From Ktedonobacterales bacterium (GTDB taxonomy: Bacteria > Chloroflexota > Ktedonobacteria > Ktedonobacterales > JADMIN01), in contig DATBTW010000417.1 in the NCBI GenBank assembly GCA_036559055.1, forward strand, positions 1 through 46,368: DNA of 46,368 nucleotides, read 5' to 3'. Both the position numbers and the translations under genes were made by a program. Shown piece after piece: positions 35,411-41,530 of the stretch; within the stretch, counting starts at the first letter, position 1; each line of letters begins with the position of its first letter. The notes beneath the pieces are model-generated. The model was not told the origin of the DNA, searched no databases, and was given only the letters and a program-made list of their open reading frames with translations.

Positions 35411-36115
35411 CTACGGTTCGGACGCCGTCTCTGTTGCGTCGCCGGGCGCCGCGTCGGCGTCGCTGACCTCGTTGTCAGCCGGGCGATCAGCATTGGCGGC
35501 GGGCTGCTCGACGCTCGCTGGCTGCGGCGCCGGGCTGGGCTTGCGCGCGAGCTGCACCAGCGCCGGGCGCACCAGCAAGCCGTGCGATTCGTAGCCTTGC
35601 TGCGCCACCACCGCGATGGCGCCCTCGGCGTACTCGTCGCTCTCCACCTCGCCGATGGGTTCGTGGCGGGCGGGATCGAACGCCTGCCCCGGCTCGGCCT
35701 GCACGGCGCGCATGCCCTGGAGTTCCAGCGCGCGGCGCAGTTGCAACTCGACCAGCGCGATGCCTTCGATCCAGGTGTAGCCACGCAGCGAGGCAGGCAG
35801 CGCCAGGAACGCGCGCTCCAGGCTATCGAGCGCGTGGAGCGCTGGCGCCAGCGCCTGCGCCGCCAGCACGTGATCGCGCTGCTCCTGCTCCTGCTGGGCG
35901 CGGCGCTTGTAGTTGGCGAAGTCGGCCTGGGCGGTGTGCCAGTGGCGCATATACTCGGTCGCCTGGTCGCGCTCGCGCTCGATCTGCGCGTATAGCTCGG
36001 CCACCTGGCGCTCCAGCTCGGCGATGCGCTCGGCGCCACTCGCGTCATCCGTCGCAGTGGCCTGCGATGCGGCGTCGGCGACGCCGGGCGGCGCGGCGGG
36101 TTGTTCGTCAGCCAT
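35411..36115 (-). CDS. grpE: nucleotide exchange factor GrpE
   Basis: Coiled-coil N-terminus, ADFANYKRR motif and a C-terminal beta domain ([10 protein letters not shown]). Start set to MADEQP (GGAGAGG 9 nt upstream). Overlaps the hrcA stop by 8 nt. Confidence 0.9.
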   Translation of the reverse strand: MADEQPAAPPGVADAASQATATDDASGAERIAELERQVAELYAQIERERDQATEYMRHWHTAQADFANYKRRAQQEQEQRDHVLAAQALAPALHALDSLERAFLALPASLRGYTWIEGIALVELQLRRALELQGMRAVQAEPGQAFDPARHEPIGEVESDEYAEGAIAVVAQQGYESHGLLVRPALVQLARKPSPAPQPASVEQPAANADRPADNEVSDADAAPGDATETASEP

Positions 36116-37289
36116 GCGTCTCATCCTCTCCGCTCAACTGGGTTGACTGCTCCGCTGGGTTTTGCGCGTCTGATTCGGCGTTGGACGCGCCGTCGGGATC
36201 GAAGGCCGTGGGCGTCGGCGCGTAGGGTTCGCTATACGCCTCTGCCAGCAGGTCGTTGAGCACCTGGGTCAGATAGCGCACGACCGCGACGGCGCGCCCA
36301 TATTGCATGCGCGTCGGCCCCACCACGCCCAGCAGCCCGCTGGGTCGCCCCTTGGCGCCGTAGCGCGCCGCCACCACGCTCATATCTTTGAGCGCGTCGG
36401 CGCCGCTCTCACCGCCGATGATGACCTGCACACCATCGCGCGCCATCACCTGCGGCGCGATGGCCGCGATGAAGCTGTTGCGCTCCAGCGCCTCGACCAC
36501 ATCGCGGATGCGCTCCGAATCGCCGCGTGTGAACTCATCGCGCCGCAGCAGATTGGCCAGCCCCTCGTGATAGACCGCTTCGGGCAGGCTCAGCGATGCC
36601 TGGTTCAGCATGCGGATCAGCGAATCTACGATCAGCCGCTCGTCGCTCGTCAGGCTGTAGTCCATCTGGGCGGCGCTGCGACGCACACTCTCGGCGTCGG
36701 CCCCGCCAAACGACTCATTGAGGCGCCGGGCGATGTGGCTCAACTCCTCCTGGCGATAGGGCGCGTCCAGCGCCAGCCGCTCCTGCTGCACCGAGCCATC
36801 GGCCATCACCAGCACGATCAGGGCGATGGACTCATAGAGCGAGAGCAGCTCGAAGTGCTTGACCTGGGCGATGGCGCTGCGCGGCGGCGTAATAATGGCC
36901 GCGCTCTGCAACGCCTGCGCCATGACGCTGGCGGTCAGCCGCACCCACTCATCGAGCTGGCGCTGCACCTGATAGAACTGATGACCGATCAGCCGCTGCT
37001 CGTCGAGCGAAAGCTGCGATTCGCCCATCAGCCGCTCCACGAAGTAGCGATAGCCGAGATCGGTGGGCATGCGTCCGGCGGAGATGTGGGGCTGGTAGAT
37101 CAGCCCTTCCTCCTCCAGCGCGGCCAGCTCGTGGCGCACCGTAGCGGAGGCGTAGCCCGCGCCGAGGACGCTGGCGAGGCGATCTGAGATGCCCTTGGAG
37201 GCGACCGGCTCTGCCGTGCGCACATACTCCTCAATCAGCGCGCGCAGGATGACCTCCTTGCGCTGACTGAGTCGGCGATCCATCGGCAT
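36108..37289 (-). CDS. hrcA: heat-inducible transcription repressor HrcA
   Basis: 393 aa. N-terminal winged helix (LSQRKEVILRALIEEYVRTAEPVASK) and ELAALEEEGLI. First gene of hrcA-grpE-dnaK-dnaJ. Acidic C-terminal tail. Confidence 0.9.
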   Translation of the reverse strand: MPMDRRLSQRKEVILRALIEEYVRTAEPVASKGISDRLASVLGAGYASATVRHELAALEEEGLIYQPHISAGRMPTDLGYRYFVERLMGESQLSLDEQRLIGHQFYQVQRQLDEWVRLTASVMAQALQSAAIITPPRSAIAQVKHFELLSLYESIALIVLVMADGSVQQERLALDAPYRQEELSHIARRLNESFGGADAESVRRSAAQMDYSLTSDERLIVDSLIRMLNQASLSLPEAVYHEGLANLLRRDEFTRGDSERIRDVVEALERNSFIAAIAPQVMARDGVQVIIGGESGADALKDMSVVAARYGAKGRPSGLLGVVGPTRMQYGRAVAVVRYLTQVLNDLLAEAYSEPYAPTPTAFDPDGASNAESDAQNPAEQSTQLSGEDETHG

Positions 37290-37349
37290 ACGGCGGCGCG
37301 CTCCTGATTCGAATCCCTCGGCTGTGCTGGCGCTCGTCGCGTCAGACTG

Positions 37350-37376
37350 TTAGCAGTCTCTTGATGAGACTGCCAG
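37350..37376 (-). promoter_or_regulatory. CIRCE-like operator (HrcA binding site variant)
   Basis: The plus strand reads TTAGCAGTC-N9-GACTGCCAG, against the consensus TTAGCACTC-N9-GAGTGCTAA. It lies between the promoter -10 and the hrcA start. Confidence 0.7.
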
Positions 37377-37383
37377 CAGAGAC

Positions 37384-37413
37384 ACGATAGCACCGCTGGC
37401 GCAGGCGTGTCAA
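37384..37413 (-). promoter_or_regulatory. sigma-70-type promoter of the hrcA operon
   Basis: The minus strand reads TTGACA-18 nt-TATCGT, and CIRCE begins 7 nt downstream of the -10. Confidence 0.6.
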
Positions 37414-37512
37414 GGCTGCGCGCGGGCGCGCCCAGCCCGCATGATACACTCGTCGCGACGTTGTGGCGGCGCTCTGTCTGCCTACGCAACCCACCTCAGG
37501 AGGTCAACGACG

Positions 37513-38322
37513 ATGCTCTCTCCCGACCTGATCGTGCGACCAGCCCGCCCTGACGACGCCGAGCCAGCCGCCGCCTGGGCCGAAGCCAAGCGCACGGAAT
37601 ATGCGCGCTACTCGCCGGTCTTCTGGCGCCCCGCCGCCGACGCCCGCGCAAAGCATCACCCATTTCTCAGGTCCTGCATCCAGGATGACGCCTTCGCCGC
37701 TTACGCGGCTGTGGCGGGCGGCGCGCTGGTCGGCGTCACGCTGGCCAACCGGCGGGGCGCGCCTGCGCCCTTCCGCGCCGAGCAGGCGCTGACCTGGTTC
37801 GTGGATGATTTCTACGTGGCAGACGCCGCGCTCTGGCCGACGGCGGGGCTGGCGCTGCTGTCGGCGGTGGGCGTGGCCGCCGGAGCCGCAGGGGCCGCGC
37901 GGGTGATCGTGGTGGTGGCCCAGCGCGACGAGCCGAAGCGCGCGCTGCTGCGCTCGGCGGGCTACACGCTGGAGGCCGCCTGGTGGACACATCCGCTCGC
38001 GCCGATGGCAGCCCCGTTCGCTTTCACGCCGCCCGCGCCAGTGGGCATCGCGGCGACGGTGGCTCCTGCGCCGCCAGTCTACGATCCAGGTGGGCCGGTG
38101 GCGCTGGCCCTCGCGCTGGACAACTCCCCAGGTGAAGCATCCGCCGCGCAGGTCGCGCGCTTCGGCGAGTGGGCGGCGATCTGCGGCGCTGTGCTGGCTG
38201 TCGTCCCGGCGCGCATAGCCGACACGGCGCTGGGTGAGGCGCTGGCGAGCGGCGGCTACACGGTCTCCTCGGAGTGGTACGTGCGCGAGCTAGACGAACG
38301 AGGCGCGCACAGTGGCCAGTGA
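37513..38322 (+). CDS. GNAT-like acetyltransferase-fold protein (tentative)
   Basis: Start moved to MLSPDLIVRPARPDDAE (GGAGG upstream). The IVRPARPDD start and ...ALLRSAGY are GNAT-like, and the C-terminal half looks like a second degenerate copy. Weak call. Confidence 0.45.
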   Translation: MLSPDLIVRPARPDDAEPAAAWAEAKRTEYARYSPVFWRPAADARAKHHPFLRSCIQDDAFAAYAAVAGGALVGVTLANRRGAPAPFRAEQALTWFVDDFYVADAALWPTAGLALLSAVGVAAGAAGAARVIVVVAQRDEPKRALLRSAGYTLEAAWWTHPLAPMAAPFAFTPPAPVGIAATVAPAPPVYDPGGPVALALALDNSPGEASAAQVARFGEWAAICGAVLAVVPARIADTALGEALASGGYTVSSEWYVRELDERGAHSGQ

Positions 38323-38329
38323 TATGGAC

Positions 38330-38359
38330 TTGACAAAATAGACGGCGTGACATTAATAT
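38330..38359 (+). promoter_or_regulatory. sigma-70-type promoter
   Basis: TTGACA-18 nt-TAATAT in a local AT-rich pocket, 8 nt after the preceding stop codon and about 105 nt upstream of the ATG at 38464. Confidence 0.55.
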
Positions 38360-38386
38360 TGCCATATGACTTGGCAACAATTGCCA
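38359..38386 (+). promoter_or_regulatory. operator-like array of three TTGCCA/TGGCAA half-sites
   Basis: TTGCCA(38359)-7 nt-TGGCAA(38372)-3 nt-TTGCCA(38381). ATTGCCATA occurs twice. Overlaps the predicted transcription start. Confidence 0.35.
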
Positions 38387-38463
38387 TAGTTAGTGGCGCT
38401 TTTGCCGCTGGCCAGCTCCGCGCAAGCGGGGGAGGAGATGACGCTGTGCAAGAGGAACCAACC

Positions 38464-39048
38464 ATGCGTGATGGACGCGCGCAGATTCTGGAGATGCTGG
38501 TGGCGGGACGGCTGACCGTGGAGCAAGCAGACCGGCTACTGGCGGCCCTCGATACCACAGCCCCGACCGCGCCTCGCGAACCAACGCATCAGGCGGGAGA
38601 GCGACGGCGGCGGGACGAGCGCGCGAATGACGCCTTCGCCAGCCTGACAGCCGAGCAGTTGATTGCGTTGCGCGATCACGGCGTGAGCAGAGCGTTTATC
38701 GAGCAACTGCGCGCTGCGGGGCTGGCCAACCTGAGCGTCCACGACCTCATCGAGTTGAGCGACCATGGGGTGGATGGCGACTTCGTACACGACCTGCGTG
38801 AAGCAGGACTCACCAATCTCACCCCTGAGCAACTCATGGGGCTGTTCGATCACGGGGTGGACATCGACTTCGTGCGCGAGGCGCAGGCAGCCGGCCTCGT
38901 TGACGCCACGCCAGACCAGCTCATTGCGATGTACGATCATGGGGTGGATGCAGACTTTGTGCGCGAGATGAGCGGCCTGAGCATCGCCAATCTCACCCCA
39001 GAGGGATTGGTCGCGCTGTACGATCAGGGCGTCGAGAGCGACGACTGA
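38464..39048 (+). CDS. hypothetical protein with SHOCT-like N-terminus and 4.5 tandem 29-aa DHGV-DFV repeats
   Basis: Start moved to MRDGRAQILEMLVAGRLTVEQADRLLAAL (AGAGGA upstream). Repeats of the form L(T/S)PEQLI.L.DHGVD.DFV.....AGL.N. Confidence 0.6.
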   Translation: MRDGRAQILEMLVAGRLTVEQADRLLAALDTTAPTAPREPTHQAGERRRRDERANDAFASLTAEQLIALRDHGVSRAFIEQLRAAGLANLSVHDLIELSDHGVDGDFVHDLREAGLTNLTPEQLMGLFDHGVDIDFVREAQAAGLVDATPDQLIAMYDHGVDADFVREMSGLSIANLTPEGLVALYDQGVESDD

Positions 39049-39142
39049 CTATCCAGAGCGCCATGGACAGCCTCAGTTCGCTGTCTGCGGATCACTGGCA
39101 GGCGCCGGGGAACAGCGCGTGGATTGGAGGGGAAATAATGAG

Positions 39143-39559
39143 ATGCGCAAGGTAGCTAGAGATGGAGCCAGCGCGACGCTTCTCCCGTTGATCACGCGCG
39201 ATCCGGTGAGCGGCGGCGAACTGGTTGTGACGCGGCTTGAGTCGCCGCAAAGCGGCCTCGTGATCGAGGGAGCCTTCAGCCTGGGGTGGATTGGCCGATT
39301 GACGCCAGAGCAACTGGAGTTCGTCGGGCGCCTCGTGCGCAGTCGCGGCAATGTGCAGAAGGTGGCCGCCGACTTGACTATCGCCTACAACACGGCGCGC
39401 AACCGTCTCGATGACATCGTGGCTGCTCTGGAGGCGCCGGAGCACGACACGGCGCAGGATCAGGAGGAGCAGGAACGGGTGCGGCGCACGGCGATATTGC
39501 GGCGCCTCTCCAGCGGTGAAATCGAGTTCGACGAAGCGATGCGCCTCCTGGAGCGGTGA
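39143..39559 (+). CDS. DUF2089 domain-containing putative DNA-binding protein (zinc-ribbon cysteines lost)
   Basis: Start moved to MRKVARDG (GGAGGGG upstream). ..GGELVVTRLES..SGLVIEGAF.., LTPEQLEFVGRLVRSRGNVQKVAADLTIAYNTARNRLDDIV is the DUF2089 core with HTH. C-terminal ILRRLSSGEIEFDEAMRLLE. Confidence 0.7.
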   Translation: MRKVARDGASATLLPLITRDPVSGGELVVTRLESPQSGLVIEGAFSLGWIGRLTPEQLEFVGRLVRSRGNVQKVAADLTIAYNTARNRLDDIVAALEAPEHDTAQDQEEQERVRRTAILRRLSSGEIEFDEAMRLLER

Positions 39560-39602
39560 GATGCGCCCGGCGCAGAAAGCCGCCAGATGGGCCGGCGGCG
39601 CA

Positions 39603-39611
39603 TGCTATAAT
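39603..39611 (+). promoter_or_regulatory. extended -10 element TGCTATAAT
   Basis: A perfect TGnTATAAT 44 nt after the DUF2089 stop and about 280 nt upstream of the next long ORF. Confidence 0.35.
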
Positions 39612-39683
39612 CAGGCGCGAGTGCGGGATTAGGAGTGCAGCCAGGAGCGCTTGCCCCTACTTGTGCGGGTTCAACCGATAGGC

Positions 39684-39890
39684 ATGGATGCGGGCGAACG
39701 CCAGCGGGTGCGCACCCGCTACAACAGCCAGTGGATCGAAACCAACGAGAGCCAAGCCATGGAAGGGGCGTTCTCGGCGCGCCTGCACGGCGGAGCGTAT
39801 GGTGGCGCCCACTTGCGGCAGGCGCGACCAGATCCCAGCTCAAGCGATGCCATGAATCCTCCCATTCACAGCAAGCGAAAGGAGCGGTAG
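39684..39890 (+). CDS. candidate small protein (68 aa) or leader ORF
   Basis: This frame has the best GC3 of the three frames in the leader (about 75 percent by hand count). Its TAG stop lies 1 nt before the ATG of the downstream gene. It has no Shine-Dalgarno and no recognisable family. Confidence 0.25.
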   Translation: MDAGERQRVRTRYNSQWIETNESQAMEGAFSARLHGGAYGGAHLRQARPDPSSSDAMNPPIHSKRKER

Positions 39891-39891
39891 C

Positions 39892-40968
39892 ATGCGTGAT
39901 CAACTGCGGCGTCTAGCGGAGTTGGAGCCGGGGGAGCTGCCCGTGTTGAGCGTCTACCTCGACCTGCGCCCGCAGGCCACCGGCGAGAACCCAGCGGTGC
40001 GATCCGGACTGATCGTGCTGAAGGATCGCCTGCGCCAGATTGAGAAGACGCTGCTGCCGCGCGGTCCGGCGCTAGACTCGTTCCGGAGCGATGCTGCGCG
40101 TATCCAGCGCTACATCGAGGAACATCTGCCTGCCTCGGCGCAGGGGCTGGCGGTGTTTGCGTGCGCGGGCCGCGACGTGTTCGAGGTTGTCGAGTCCGCC
40201 GTCGCCTTCGACAACGAGGTGGCGATGGGCGCCGTGCCCGATCTGTTCCAACTGGCCCGCCTCATCGACGACTATGAGACCGTGGTGGTGGGGGTGGTGA
40301 CATCCAACACGGCGCGGCTGTTCGTCATGCGCGCTGGCCAGCTCGAAGAGAAGAGCGGCCTGAAGGATGACCCGGTTCACTACACCCAGACTCGCGGACG
40401 TCCACCTAACGTCACGCGCTATCAGCGCCATGTAGCCAACCACCGGGCAGAGTTCGCGCGTGAGTCGGCGCGCGAGATCGAGCGGCTGGTCGACGAAGAG
40501 CAGGCCGTCCGCGTCATTCTGGCCGGAAATGCGGTCGCCCTGCCGACGTTGCAGGCGGCGCTCACACCGCGCATCCGCGACCTGGCGCAGGTCGCGCCGC
40601 TCCGCATGGATCCGCGGGCGCTGCCCGATGAGGTGGCGCGCGAAGTCGCCCTCCTGATCGCTCAGGCGGAGATGGAGGACGACCATGCCATCGCCGACCA
40701 GCTCGTGGAGGCGGTACAGTCCGACGGGCTGGGTGTGGACGGGCCAGAGCGCACGCGCGCCGCGCTGGAGCACGGGCAGGTGGACGTGCTGGTGCTCGAC
40801 GAGGAGGTTCCGCTCGACTCCGAGACCCGCAACGAATTGATCCGGCTGGCCACCACCACTGGCGCCGATGTGGAGGTGGTGCAGCAGCACGAGGTGCTGC
40901 GCGATTTGGGTGGCGTGGGCGCGCTGCTGCGCTATAAGCACGACGCCCCAGCGCCAGACGCGCCCTGA
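39892..40968 (+). CDS. bacterial eRF1/Pelota/Vms1-like (baeRF-type) protein
   Basis: 358 aa, AAGGAG upstream. N-terminal LPVLSVYLDLRP. Central RGRPPNVTRYQRHVANHR occupies the position of the eRF1 GRGGQSALRFARL loop. The C-terminal GQVDVLVLDEE...LRDLGGVGALLRYK matches eRF1 domain-3 endings (GGIxAxLRY). Confidence 0.6.
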   Translation: MRDQLRRLAELEPGELPVLSVYLDLRPQATGENPAVRSGLIVLKDRLRQIEKTLLPRGPALDSFRSDAARIQRYIEEHLPASAQGLAVFACAGRDVFEVVESAVAFDNEVAMGAVPDLFQLARLIDDYETVVVGVVTSNTARLFVMRAGQLEEKSGLKDDPVHYTQTRGRPPNVTRYQRHVANHRAEFARESAREIERLVDEEQAVRVILAGNAVALPTLQAALTPRIRDLAQVAPLRMDPRALPDEVAREVALLIAQAEMEDDHAIADQLVEAVQSDGLGVDGPERTRAALEHGQVDVLVLDEEVPLDSETRNELIRLATTTGADVEVVQQHEVLRDLGGVGALLRYKHDAPAPDAP

Positions 40969-41105
40969 GACGCACGCAGGCGAGAACGAGCCTCCTCTAC
41001 ATCTATGTGGAAGTGGCTCGCTTCCGGCCATACCGCCCCCTATCGAAAGTCCCTGATACCACTTTCGTGCAGACAGTTGAAGCATGAGGCGCGCAGCGCC
41101 GAGAA

Positions 41106-41143
41106 CCCCCTCTCCCTGTAGGAGAGGGGGTTGGGGTGAGGTC
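41106..41143. repeat. intergenic hairpin repeat (forward orientation)
   Basis: CCCCCTCTCCctgtaGGAGAGGGGGTTGGGGTGAGGtc. Confidence 0.65.
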
Positions 41144-41189
41144 GGGGTGGAGCGGGGGCGCTGGCATGCTGGCGAGCGCGCTGCGCCTG

Positions 41190-41198
41190 TGGTACACT
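41190..41198 (+). promoter_or_regulatory. extended -10 element TGGTACACT upstream of tRNA-Arg(TCG)
   Basis: TGgTACACT ends 31 nt before the tRNA 5' end. Confidence 0.35.
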
Positions 41199-41229
41199 GC
41201 ATCTGGCGACGCCAGCGCTGGCCCGCCGC

Positions 41230-41305
41230 GCGCCCGTAGCTCAACGGACAGAGCATCGCACTTCGGATGCGAGGGTTGGGGGTTCGAATCCCTTCGGGCG
41301 TACCA
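41230..41305 (+). tRNA. tRNA-Arg (anticodon TCG), CCA encoded
   Basis: Manual cloverleaf: GCGCCCG/CGGGCGT acceptor, GCTC/GAGC D stem with A20, TCGCA/TGCGA anticodon stem, loop CTTCGGA, TTCGAAT T loop. Confidence 0.9.
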
Positions 41306-41330
41306 CAGCGATACCTGCTCACCTCCAATA

Positions 41331-41358
41331 GCCGCTCTGCCTGCGCAGGGCGGCTTTT
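41331..41358 (+). terminator. intrinsic terminator after tRNA-Arg(TCG)
   Basis: GCCGCTCTGC-ctgc-GCAGGGCGGC (10-bp stem with one G-U pair) followed by TTTT. Confidence 0.6.
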
Positions 41359-41530
41359 CTGCCTCTCTATCCCCTCCGTCGGCATTTTTGCCCTGACCGC
41401 CTGCGGAACTGGCGGCGTTTCATTCCCGTAACGACCGCCGTAACGGCGCCGTGGCGTCGGCTGGCTATCCTCAGTGGTGAAGTGATGCGACGCAGCGTGG
41501 GCATAGCGCGGGATGCGAGAGGGGTGCGCG

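Noticed and set aside
31857-35594. Long plus-strand ORFs (31857-33212, 33342-33995, 33856-34614, 34470-35594) opposite dnaJ and dnaK
   Set aside because: The dnaJ and dnaK identities on the minus strand are unambiguous. These are antisense shadows with low-complexity Arg/Leu/Ala products.
38347-38463. GTG start at 38347 for the repeat protein
   Set aside because: It lies inside the spacer and -10 of a near-consensus promoter and would be upstream of the predicted transcription start. The ATG at 38464 has a Shine-Dalgarno.
40072-41385. 437-aa minus-strand ORF
   Set aside because: It is antisense to the eRF1-like gene and reads straight through the hairpin repeat, a promoter and tRNA-Arg(TCG), so it is not a plausible gene.
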